33,627 bases of DNA, taken from positions 1 to 33,627 of the forward strand of contig JADHVH010000002.1 of NCBI GenBank assembly GCA_016784085.1. The letters are read 5' to 3'. Every line of letters starts with the position of its first letter. Within the stretch, counting starts at the first letter, position 1. Below the pieces are notes generated by a model. It did not search any database. It worked only from the letters and a program-made list of their open reading frames with translations, and was not told the DNA's origin. Shown here piece by piece: positions 24,944 through 33,577 of the stretch. This DNA comes from Candidatus Pacearchaeota archaeon (lineage in GTDB: Archaea > Nanobdellota > Nanobdellia > Pacearchaeales > GW2011-AR1). The position numbers and the translations under genes are program-made.

Positions 24944-25702
24944 ATGAATAAACAAATATTAAAAGACGCCGGATTAACTGAGGGAGAAATAAAGGTTTAC
25001 TTGGCTTTGCTAGAGTTAGGAGACACAACTACTGGGCCCTTAGTTGATAAATCTGGAGTTGCAAGATCAATTGTTTACCAAATACTAGAAAGATTAATTG
25101 AAAAAGGTCTTGCCTCATATATTGTTAAGGATAAAACAAAATATTATCAGGCCGCAGACCCAAATAAATTATTAGATTATGCTCAAAAAAGAAAAGAAGA
25201 AATAGATAATAATGTTAAAGAAATTGAAAAAATTCTTCCAGATCTACTTTCTAAAAAAAAGTTAAAAGATACTAGTAGTGCTAAAATTTATTTTGGAATG
25301 AAAGGAATTAGAACAGCTCATGAAGGCACTTATAGACTAAAAAAAGGTGAATCATTTTATTATTTAGGTATTCCTGCCAGTCAGCCAGAGGAACAGCATA
25401 TTTATTGGAAAAAAGATCATTTAAGAAGAATTAAAGCAGGCATAAAATCTCAGGTATTATTTAATAGAGATACAGATCCAGAAATTATGAAAAATAGGAA
25501 TAGTTTCAAAGGGTGTGATGCAAGATATATGCCTAAAGGCATAACAACTCCTGCCAGTTTTCTAATTTATAAAGACACTGTTGTTATTTCGGTTCAAGAT
25601 CCCCAACAAATAGCTGTTGAAATTAGAAATCAAGATATTAAAGATTCTTTTCAGGCTTATTTTGATAATTTTTGGAAGAAAAGTACAAAGTTAAAGAAAT
25701 AA
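24944..25702 (+). CDS. TrmB-family transcriptional regulator
   Basis: GLTEGEIKVYLALLELGDTTTGPLVDKSGVARSIVYQILERLIEKGLASY is a TrmB-type wHTH, followed by a C-terminal effector-like domain. Confidence 0.8.
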   Translation: MNKQILKDAGLTEGEIKVYLALLELGDTTTGPLVDKSGVARSIVYQILERLIEKGLASYIVKDKTKYYQAADPNKLLDYAQKRKEEIDNNVKEIEKILPDLLSKKKLKDTSSAKIYFGMKGIRTAHEGTYRLKKGESFYYLGIPASQPEEQHIYWKKDHLRRIKAGIKSQVLFNRDTDPEIMKNRNSFKGCDARYMPKGITTPASFLIYKDTVVISVQDPQQIAVEIRNQDIKDSFQAYFDNFWKKSTKLKK

Positions 25703-25704
25703 TT

Positions 25705-26691
25705 TTACAAAAAACCAGTTTCTAAAATATTTTCCCAAGTTTTTTTACCTAAGGCCACCAGAGCTTCCTTAAAAGTAACAATTGGTTTTTCATATTTTGA
25801 AAAATCATCTACTGCAATTCTTGGACATCCTAATTCTATAAAACAATCTACATCATAAAAATTCATAAGTTTTTCCTGAGTCATTTCATCAATATTAATT
25901 ACTACAACTTTCTTACCTTGTTCTTTGAAAGCTTTTTCTAGTAGTTCTGGCTGTCCAAATTTCTGTCCAGGTTTAGCTTCAACTAAGATAGCAATTTTTT
26001 TTGCATCTTTTAATTTAGAGATAGATATTGCTCTTTGTTTTAGTATTTTATCTCTAACACCATCCATAACTTCAATTTTATCATTATAAACATCAATTAA
26101 AATAACTGGTTTTTCAACAGAAATTGCAGCACCCATTGAATGAAAATTATTACCTAAAATAACAAAAGCTTCAACATTTTTTTCAATTTCCTTTAAACCA
26201 TCATATTGGCACCCAACAATATGTCCTTCATAAGCAACATTTCCTTTTTGAGTAGATAAAGTAATTTCTTTTTTATTATCATGATAAAATTCAATTATTT
26301 TCTTTAGATCATGCCTATGCTGAATAGAATATGACAATCCTATTTTTTTAAAATTTTTAATAGATTCTAAAGATTTTTTTAATAAAGGTAAAAGATCTAA
26401 TTCATCTCTAACTTCAACATATAATACTGGAAAATCAACTTCTATAAATTTTGCATGTCCAAAGTGAACAATTAAATCTGCACCAACTAAATCAGCTTCT
26501 TCAATAGAAACACAGCATCCTCCCCAACAAGTTTGACCTGAAAAAACAACTTTAATTCCAAGATCTGAAATCAATTTTTCAATTTCAAAAGAATGTTTTT
26601 TAACTCCTTCTGGAAGTTGAACTAGTACTTTTTTTGGCCCAATTTTTTTGAGCTCTTTTACAAGTTTGTCATGTTCAAAATTAAATGCCAT
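25705..26691 (-). CDS. dph2: diphthamide synthesis enzyme Dph2 (2-(3-amino-3-carboxypropyl)histidine synthase)
   Basis: Contains KKVLVQLPEGVKKHSFEIEKL, the Cys-containing CWGGCCV, and ADLIVHFGHAKF. The 328-aa size is typical of archaeal Dph2. Confidence 0.85.
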   Translation of the reverse strand: MAFNFEHDKLVKELKKIGPKKVLVQLPEGVKKHSFEIEKLISDLGIKVVFSGQTCWGGCCVSIEEADLVGADLIVHFGHAKFIEVDFPVLYVEVRDELDLLPLLKKSLESIKNFKKIGLSYSIQHRHDLKKIIEFYHDNKKEITLSTQKGNVAYEGHIVGCQYDGLKEIEKNVEAFVILGNNFHSMGAAISVEKPVILIDVYNDKIEVMDGVRDKILKQRAISISKLKDAKKIAILVEAKPGQKFGQPELLEKAFKEQGKKVVVINIDEMTQEKLMNFYDVDCFIELGCPRIAVDDFSKYEKPIVTFKEALVALGKKTWENILETGFL

Positions 26692-26771
26692 ATTAGAAAA
26701 TCACCAATTTGGTTTATATTGGTTTTGGTAAGTATAATAATCATTATAAATAGAAATATTTATCCCTTTCT

Positions 26772-27296
26772 ATGAAATTCCTTACAAAATTATTATTTAA
26801 AGAAGAAAAAATATCTGCAAAGGATTTAGAACAAAATACAAGCTCTATAGGTAGTTCTGCACCAATTGTTTCAATAGGAAGCCTTAAACATAATACAAGT
26901 GCTCTAATCTCCCATGATTTTGTTTATTGTTCTGCTTTGATTTTTGATTTTGGAGAAGAAATTATTATGGCCCATGTTCTTCCAGTTCCCGCTCCAATAG
27001 ATAACCCTGTTTATTTGGGAAATGTTTTCCAAAAAATAATTGAAAAAGCTAAAGAATATAATTTAAAACTTTTAGATTCTCAAGCAATTATTCATTCAGG
27101 AACAAGAGAAGATATGAGATCACTCAAATCTGGAATTTCTCAATTCAAAATCCCCTTAAAGTCAGCTAGTTTTTCTTCTTCAACTCAACCTTCAAGAACT
27201 GTTTTTTATGATCCAAGAGAGAGTTATTTAGAAATAAGAAGAACTAATGATCAAGATGTTTCAAGTTCTTATGAAACTTTTGAAAAAGAAGAATAG
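26772..27296 (+). CDS. hypothetical protein (174 aa)
   Basis: ORF only. I recognise no motif. Confidence 0.4.
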   Translation: MKFLTKLLFKEEKISAKDLEQNTSSIGSSAPIVSIGSLKHNTSALISHDFVYCSALIFDFGEEIIMAHVLPVPAPIDNPVYLGNVFQKIIEKAKEYNLKLLDSQAIIHSGTREDMRSLKSGISQFKIPLKSASFSSSTQPSRTVFYDPRESYLEIRRTNDQDVSSSYETFEKEE

Positions 27297-27330
27297 ATAA
27301 AAAAATAAAAAAAAGAAAAGCGGAAAGAGA

Positions 27331-27897
27331 TTATATCTTTCCAACTAAATCAAGTCCTGGCTTTAAAGTATCCTTGCCTTCATCCCAGTTCACAGGGCAG
27401 ACTTCTCCACCATGCGCACGTACAAACTGAGCAGCTTTAACTTTCCTAATAAGTTCTTGAGTTCCTCTACCTATGCTATTGTCATTGAATTCAAAAGATT
27501 TGACAATCCCATCTGGGTCAATAAGTACAGTAGCTCTTAAACTTAAACCTTCATCTCTGATATATGTCCCATAGGATTTACAGATTTTTCCTGTAGGGTC
27601 TGCAACCATTGGATACTTAATCTTCTTGATAGCTTCTGAATTATCATGCCATGCTTTATGGACAAATTCAGTATCTGTGCTAACACTCAGAATTTCTACA
27701 TCAAGGTCTTGGAAAGCTTTGTAGTTTTTAGCAAGGTCTTCAAGTTCTGTAGGGCACACAAAAGTGAAATCAGCTGGATAGAAAAATAATACTACCCATT
27801 TCCCCTTGTATTTGGACAGCTTAATGTCTTTTACACTCTCTTCATGAAAGGCCTTGGCCTCGAAGTCAGGAGCCTCTTGGTTTATTCTTACAGTCAT
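27331..27897 (-). CDS. ahpC: typical 2-Cys peroxiredoxin (AhpC/Prx1 type)
   Basis: Peroxidatic motif FTFVCPTEL and resolving GEVCPVNW. GGAGGT box upstream at 27905-27910. Confidence 0.92.
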   Translation of the reverse strand: MTVRINQEAPDFEAKAFHEESVKDIKLSKYKGKWVVLFFYPADFTFVCPTELEDLAKNYKAFQDLDVEILSVSTDTEFVHKAWHDNSEAIKKIKYPMVADPTGKICKSYGTYIRDEGLSLRATVLIDPDGIVKSFEFNDNSIGRGTQELIRKVKAAQFVRAHGGEVCPVNWDEGKDTLKPGLDLVGKI

Positions 27898-27990
27898 TTG
27901 TTAACCTCCGTTTTAATTTAATTAATATAATTGTAAAAAGCACTAAGAATACAATAAAATAATGAAGATTTGATTTAAAAGGTTGTTGGT

Positions 27991-28836
27991 TTAGAAAGAA
28001 TCTAGAGGACTTTGAATATTTATTAATTTTGGTGAAGAAATATGTGTGTATATTAAAGTTGTTTCAGGGGATTTATGCCCAAGAATTGCCTGAACATTTG
28101 AAAGAGAAAAACCATTTTCAATTAAATGCGTTGCAAAGGAATGCCTTAATGTGTGAGTGTGGATTTCCTTCCAATTTTTTAAATTTGCTGTTTTAGAAGA
28201 TTTTTTAATTATTTGTTGAATAGTTCTTATTGAATATTTTTTGTTTCTATCACTTTTAAAAAGAAAATCATTTTCAATTAGATGTTCTTTGTTTATTAGT
28301 TTCTCTATGTTTTTAATTATTTTAGTTGGAATAATAATTAATCTATCTTTTCCACCCTTTCCATTCCTAACATAACCATAATTATCTTCTAATTTTAAAT
28401 CTTTTAATTTAAGATTAATTAATTCACTAACTCTTAATCCACTTCCATACATAAATTCTATCATTAATTTATGTTTTTCATTTGAAATAGAATTTATCAA
28501 TTTTTCAATCTCTTTTTTAGATAAAACAATAGGTAATCTTCTTGGAACTTTTGAATATTTAATATTAATCCAAATTCTTTTTTCTAAAACCTCTTCAAAA
28601 AGAAATCTTATAGCCATGTGGTATGTGTTTAGAGTATTTCCAGCTTTATTTTCATTAGCCAATTTTTCCAAAAATAATCTAACATCTTTTTTAGATATTT
28701 TTCCTAGTTCTTTATTGCAATATTTCAAAAATTTATTAATGCAATAAATATATGTCTTTGCAGTTCTTGGACTTAATCGTCTTCTTTTGCATTTATTAGT
28801 CACTGCTTTTTCTATATCTATTGGATAGTAGGACAT
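27991..28836 (-). CDS. tyrosine site-specific recombinase, Xer/XerA-like
   Basis: Catalytic residues are readable: GLRVSE (Arg), HTLRHSFATH (H-x-x-R), LGHKS (His) and TLIYTH (Tyr). The 281-aa size matches the archaeal Xer type. Confidence 0.88.
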   Translation of the reverse strand: MSYYPIDIEKAVTNKCKRRRLSPRTAKTYIYCINKFLKYCNKELGKISKKDVRLFLEKLANENKAGNTLNTYHMAIRFLFEEVLEKRIWINIKYSKVPRRLPIVLSKKEIEKLINSISNEKHKLMIEFMYGSGLRVSELINLKLKDLKLEDNYGYVRNGKGGKDRLIIIPTKIIKNIEKLINKEHLIENDFLFKSDRNKKYSIRTIQQIIKKSSKTANLKNWKEIHTHTLRHSFATHLIENGFSLSNVQAILGHKSPETTLIYTHISSPKLINIQSPLDSF

Positions 28837-28944
28837 AAATTATTTATATAATATATAATTTTTATATATAAGTTTTAATTTTAAAATGAAACAAGGAGCA
28901 AATAAAAGCAAAAAATTAGCACAATCATCATTTAAATACAACAG

Positions 28945-29151
28945 AATTAAGGCTCAAAAAAGCAAGATTTAGTGCTTTTCGTTAAAAGACTGTTATATTC
29001 AATTTTTGAGAATGCCTACAAGTTAGAATTAAGACAAAGAAATAGGAAATAATATTTTTTCTCCCACCCTATAGGAGAGACGCGCGCAGTTTTCGAATTC
29101 TCGAAAACTAGATAGCAAAAACTTCGTTTTTAGATTTATAGGGGGATTTCC
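28945..29151 (+). repeat. intergenic repeat block, copy 1
   Basis: Collinear exact matches to the reverse complement of 32542-32737, listed in the first finding. Confidence 0.75.
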
Positions 29152-29230
29152 TTAGTCCTTCGGACAATTTGTAAAACTCAGAGATTTTTTGAGATAGTTT
29201 TATAAATATCTTATTCAATATACTTATAAC

Positions 29231-32200
29231 ATGAAAAGAGGAATAACATTTATTTTTTTATTGAGTATAATAATTTTATCTAGTTCGGTTATTGTATCTG
29301 CTTCATGGTGGGATAAAATTACTGGAAATGTAGTTTCAGATTCTTGTATTGATTCTGATGGAGGATTAAATTATTATATTAAAGGGAATGCAACAGGATT
29401 TCTCTTTTCGGATAGTAATGAAATTGGAACAAGAGAAGACAAATGTGCTCAAAAAAGATTTGAGAATGGAGAATTTGTTGGTTGGAATTATGTTCAATCA
29501 TGCGAAGAAAATTGCGGAGTATCAGAAGCATTCTGTCATGAACTAAACTCAGGAAAGACTACTGCTAGTAGTTTAGAGTTTGGGTGTCCAGGAGCGTGCG
29601 AAGATGGAGCATGCTTACAGGAAATAGACATTTCTTGCACAGATAGCGATAAAAGTCTTTCAGATGATATTGGAGCAGGATTAAATTATTATAAAAAAGG
29701 AACTGTCACAATTTGGGTAAATAATCAAATTTCAGAAACAAAAACCGATTACTGCAATGGGAATCAATTAGTAGAGTTTGTTTGCGATTCCAATAAAATA
29801 GAATCTGGTGATTATGATTGTCCTAATGGTTGCAAAGAAGGGAAATGCTTAGAACCTTCTCAAAGTTGTACAGATACAGATAATGGCATCAATATTTACA
29901 AAAAAGGTTATAGAACAAATTGGAATAATGCATATGCAGATTACAAAATTAAGCAAGGAGATTATTGTATAAAAAATCCAACCATAACAAACAAAGGCAA
30001 TGCAATTGCAGATGAAGCAAAAAAGGTTTCTTCTTGTCAGGGAGAAGGATGTTATATTATTGAATATACCTGTCAAGAAGATTTAAGCAGTGCGAGTATT
30101 GGTTTTCCTTGTCCTAATGGATGCACAGATGGAATTTGTGTGGAAAGTAATGATAATAATAACTTAAAAGATTTATCAAAATTTTCTTCAAAGAATGCTT
30201 TTTTGGTTTCAGATGAAAATTGGAGAAAAGTTCTAACTATGATACCTTTGGCAGTTTGGACCAATACAGACAAGACAATCACCAAATATCCTCTTTTAAT
30301 ATATCATAAAGAAAATAATGCATTTGATATTGATTCAATTTATTATTTTTTTGAACAATTTAATACAAATAAAATAACCCACTTTGAAAATCTGCCCACA
30401 GACTTAGATTCTTTACTTCAGAGTTCTTTTAATATAGAACAAAAGCAAAATATGCTTGATTTTTGGGCAGAATACAAAGATGTTGTTTATGTTGAAAATA
30501 ACTATGAACTATCACTCTTGGCATCATCTTATGCTTCATTAATCAATGCTCCTTTGATAATCCAAGGTTACAATGATAATATTGATTTATTACAAAAAAA
30601 TGTTATCTGTGTTGGGAACCCAACACCTATTTGTGATGAGCAATATAATCTAGAAGAATTACAAGATAAGTATTTGGAAATGACGCAAACAAATAAGATA
30701 ATCCTTATTAACTCGGGCGATTGGGATATAACTCTCTCAACAACTACTCCATTTGAAACAGATAAATGTAATGAAGATATATTTGAGTTATATAGTAATA
30801 CCTCCTTAGCTTCTCAAATATTGGACAGTGCTAAGCACGAACTAATCTTAAGTGCGAACTCTCAAGATTATGTCTCCATTGATCAGTTTCTTGAAAACAA
30901 AATTGAAAGTTTAGGGATTGATGCAAATTATTTAACTATCATGTCCAGTCCTGACGCAATTCAAATGAGTAAAAATGAAAAAGATGATATTTGGTTTGAA
31001 GTAGACAATTCAATTTATGGCCGTTTAGGAGATGAGACTTTTCAAAAGCTATCTGTAGGAAGAATTTTTGGAGTTTCGGTTTCTGATGTTTCTTCCTATG
31101 TTTCTAGAGTTTTATTTTATCCTGATTTAGCTCTATCAAGTAAATTTGCAATGCTGGTTCCACATGGTCAAAGCAGTCCAGAGGAAGCAATTGGGGGCAA
31201 AATGCAACTTAAACCTAATGAAGAGTTATTAGAGTCTCTAGGTATGAAATCAGGAAGTATCTATTTGGACGAGACAAATTATGATTTATTCCCTTTACAA
31301 GTATTAGAAGACAAGATGATAATAAGCTATTCGGGACATGGGGCCCCTTCTGGATTGCAAGATGGAATTGGCACATTTTCAATTAGATCAGAAGATATTT
31401 GGCTTTCACCATCTTTAATGCTTGTAGAAGGATGTTTAACTTGTGCATATGAAGGGATATGGCCTGGAAATAAAAGGGAAGATTTATTTTGCACAAACAT
31501 TTTAAGAAGAGGAAGTTTGGGTTATATTGGAGCTGTTGATGAGTCAGGATCTACAAATTCTCTTTCAAAATATCTAATTGAAAATTTAGTAGAAGGAAAT
31601 TCTTTTGGAGAAATGATTAAAAAGATAAAACATTTTGAATCGTCTGTTATAGGGGGCTGTCGAGAGGGACAAAATGTTTATGCGCCCTTTTGTGAGCCTT
31701 ATTATATTTTAATTGGAGATCATACCATAAATCCAGGGTATAAATATCCTGAAATTGATACAACTGAAATAACTAATGAGATAAATAATCTTAATATAGT
31801 CTCTACAATTACCATGCCTCAATCAAGTCAACTAGAACAGTGGAGTAACTCATTTTACAAAATTCCCCACGGAGCAAATCTAATAAAAAGTTATATTGAG
31901 ATAGATCCAAATGATGATTCAGGAAATTCACTAAGAAGCGAAGGAATATTTTATTTTGATGTTGATTTGTCTGGAGAGTATAATTTCACTCCAATTAAAG
32001 CAGAGATGATAGATTCAAAGCTAAATGTTATTGAACTACCTCTTTCTCAAGTAGAAGAAGGTATTTTTGATTTTGTAAATCTTGATATTCCTAAAAAAAG
32101 ATTTGTTCTGAGCGTAGAGCCGATATATGACCAAAATACTGGGGCATATAAGATATTTGTGTCTTCCTCTTTTGGCGGAGAAATGACAATTGATGATTTT

Positions 32201-32506
32201 AGTCCAAATTATTCTTATAAAATTTACTATGAAACAGATGGAAAAATACAACCAAATATTGCAGAAAAACAAACAAAAGATAATAGTTGCATTGGTTGTT
32301 TTATTGATAATAAATGCTATCCATTTAATCATAGAAAAAGTGGAGAATTTTGTTCAATTAATGAAGGAGAATTTATTTCTCAATTAGAAGCAGATTCTAC
32401 TTGTGAAAATAATTTTGAATGTCTTAGTAATATCTGTATTGACAATAAATGTGTAGATACAAGTATTTGGAATAAATTTATTTCTTGGTTTAGAAATCTC
32501 TTCTGA
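29231..32506 (+). CDS. large secreted protein: three Cys-rich N-terminal modules, a clan-CD (gingipain/C25-like) cysteine-peptidase-like core and a Cys-rich C-terminus
   Basis: Signal peptide MKRGITFIFLLSIIILSSSVIVSA. Three modules span C39-C128, C136-C206 and C213-C303, each starting SC(I/T)D(S/T)D..(L/I)N(Y/I)Y.KG and ending CP.(G/A)C.(D/E)G.C. YSGHG (H703) and VEGCLTC (C735) are 32 residues apart, against 33 in gingipain as I remember it. Confidence 0.7.
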   Translation: MKRGITFIFLLSIIILSSSVIVSASWWDKITGNVVSDSCIDSDGGLNYYIKGNATGFLFSDSNEIGTREDKCAQKRFENGEFVGWNYVQSCEENCGVSEAFCHELNSGKTTASSLEFGCPGACEDGACLQEIDISCTDSDKSLSDDIGAGLNYYKKGTVTIWVNNQISETKTDYCNGNQLVEFVCDSNKIESGDYDCPNGCKEGKCLEPSQSCTDTDNGINIYKKGYRTNWNNAYADYKIKQGDYCIKNPTITNKGNAIADEAKKVSSCQGEGCYIIEYTCQEDLSSASIGFPCPNGCTDGICVESNDNNNLKDLSKFSSKNAFLVSDENWRKVLTMIPLAVWTNTDKTITKYPLLIYHKENNAFDIDSIYYFFEQFNTNKITHFENLPTDLDSLLQSSFNIEQKQNMLDFWAEYKDVVYVENNYELSLLASSYASLINAPLIIQGYNDNIDLLQKNVICVGNPTPICDEQYNLEELQDKYLEMTQTNKIILINSGDWDITLSTTTPFETDKCNEDIFELYSNTSLASQILDSAKHELILSANSQDYVSIDQFLENKIESLGIDANYLTIMSSPDAIQMSKNEKDDIWFEVDNSIYGRLGDETFQKLSVGRIFGVSVSDVSSYVSRVLFYPDLALSSKFAMLVPHGQSSPEEAIGGKMQLKPNEELLESLGMKSGSIYLDETNYDLFPLQVLEDKMIISYSGHGAPSGLQDGIGTFSIRSEDIWLSPSLMLVEGCLTCAYEGIWPGNKREDLFCTNILRRGSLGYIGAVDESGSTNSLSKYLIENLVEGNSFGEMIKKIKHFESSVIGGCREGQNVYAPFCEPYYILIGDHTINPGYKYPEIDTTEITNEINNLNIVSTITMPQSSQLEQWSNSFYKIPHGANLIKSYIEIDPNDDSGNSLRSEGIFYFDVDLSGEYNFTPIKAEMIDSKLNVIELPLSQVEEGIFDFVNLDIPKKRFVLSVEPIYDQNTGAYKIFVSSSFGGEMTIDDFSPNYSYKIYYETDGKIQPNIAEKQTKDNSCIGCFIDNKCYPFNHRKSGEFCSINEGEFISQLEADSTCENNFECLSNICIDNKCVDTSIWNKFISWFRNLF

Positions 32507-32541
32507 TTAAAATCTTCTTTTAAGAAAAGAAGCAAAAAGAC

Positions 32542-32779
32542 GGAAATCCCCATTTTCTTTTTTTAGAAAAAAGAAACAAAAAAAGCGCGCGTCTCTCTAA
32601 TACATAGCCCACCCAAAAAATATTATTTCAAAATCATACAAACGGCATTCTCAAAAACTTTGATTTTTTGCCTTCGGCATCGTTGCACTAAAAATCAAGT
32701 CCTCCAAGTATTCGGACGAAACTAACAGGGCTTAATTGCAATAAATTTGAAGTCCTAAAAATAGAAGGGGCGAACTCAT
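32542..32779 (-). repeat. intergenic repeat block, copy 2 (inverted relative to copies 1 and 3)
   Basis: Its left part matches copy 1 in reverse complement. Its right part (32743-32779) matches 33366-33432 in reverse complement. Confidence 0.75.
32554..32576 (+). terminator. T-rich hairpin downstream of the large gene (TTTCTTTTTT-TAG-AAAAAAGAAA)
   Basis: Perfect 10-bp stem with a 3-nt loop, 48 nt after the stop codon, flanked by T-runs. Confidence 0.35.
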
Positions 32780-33321
32780 AAGATTTCTTTTTTCAGATTT
32801 TCTAATAACTCAGGGTAAAGAGATTTTCCCTTTTCTGTTTTGAATCTTTTTGGAAATTCTCTTTCCCACAAACTAATTACTTCTTGATAGCTTTCGGATT
32901 TATATTTTTCTTGAACATGTTCAACACATAATTTGCTCAAACTATCTGCATCAACGATAATTGCCTCGTCATCATTTTGAGAATCATGCTTATCTGCTGC
33001 CTTAATTAATCGGATTACTGTATTGATATCGGATTCTTCAAATTCCATTTTGCCTAAAACTTCTGTGACTAATCTTTGTGTATTTTCATTTGCTTTTTCT
33101 TCAAATTTCAGCATTTCTTGAAAATCCACTTTTCCTTTAGGCAAAATGTTAGACCATCCGATATCATGTATATAGGCAGCAGTAATCAATAAATCTAAGT
33201 CTTCTCTGCCCTCACCTAATACCTTAACCCATTTAACCACCCTTAACGCATGATTCCAATCACCCGCTCGGCAATTATCTAAATAGGGTTTGATTATCGT
33301 AATTAGTTTGTTTTCATCCAT
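32776..33321 (-). CDS. HD-domain metal-dependent phosphohydrolase
   Basis: Contains HALRVVKWVKVL ... LLITAAYIHDIGW (the H...HD signature) and a later ADKHD. Confidence 0.8.
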   Translation of the reverse strand: MDENKLITIIKPYLDNCRAGDWNHALRVVKWVKVLGEGREDLDLLITAAYIHDIGWSNILPKGKVDFQEMLKFEEKANENTQRLVTEVLGKMEFEESDINTVIRLIKAADKHDSQNDDEAIIVDADSLSKLCVEHVQEKYKSESYQEVISLWEREFPKRFKTEKGKSLYPELLENLKKEIL

Positions 33322-33365
33322 ATAACAATTAGTTTGTAGAAAATCTTAATAAATCTTACTATAAA

Positions 33366-33540
33366 ATGAGTTCGCCCTCAATGTGTTCTCATTATTGTCG
33401 CTTTGCTCCTTGATAGAACGGACTTCAAATTTACTTCTTCGGCTTCGCCTCGACCACGCTGCGCTCTCGCCTATCGGCTCGGGGCAATTAACAGCGATTA
33501 GACGAAATCGAGAAAAGGGCTAATACATTTTGAAGTAGGG
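33366..33540 (+). repeat. intergenic repeat block, copy 3, interrupted by a GC-rich insert
   Basis: ATGAGTTCGCCC (33366-33377), GGACTTCAAATTT (33420-33432) and GCAATTAA (33484-33491) are collinear with the reverse complement of copy 2. An internal inverted 8-mer, ACTTCAAA at 33422-33429, pairs with TTTGAAGT near 33529-33536. Confidence 0.6.
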
Positions 33541-33577
33541 CAAAACTTTTATAATCTCATAGTTTTTCAATAATATT

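Noticed and set aside
29089-29108. TTCGAAT-containing hairpin as a possible tRNA T-arm
   Set aside because: No acceptor, D or anticodon arms can be built around it. It is a simple palindrome centred on GAATTC.
29849-30285. Minus-strand ORFs 29849-30076 and 30073-30285 inside the large secreted-protein gene
   Set aside because: They are antisense shadows. The plus frame shows a repeated Cys-module structure.
32036-32387. ORFs 32036-32332 (minus strand) and 32190-32387 (plus strand, alternative frame) near the 3' end of the large gene
   Set aside because: They sit within the continuous 1091-aa frame and have no independent signals.
27991-33540. Canonical integron (IntI plus attC array)
   Set aside because: The 281-aa recombinase is Xer-sized and shows no room for the IntI-specific insertion. 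I could not find RYYYAAC/GTTRRRY core sites in the repeats. The cassettes carry their own promoters and differ in orientation. I kept only the looser idea of a recombinase-associated cassette in the findings.
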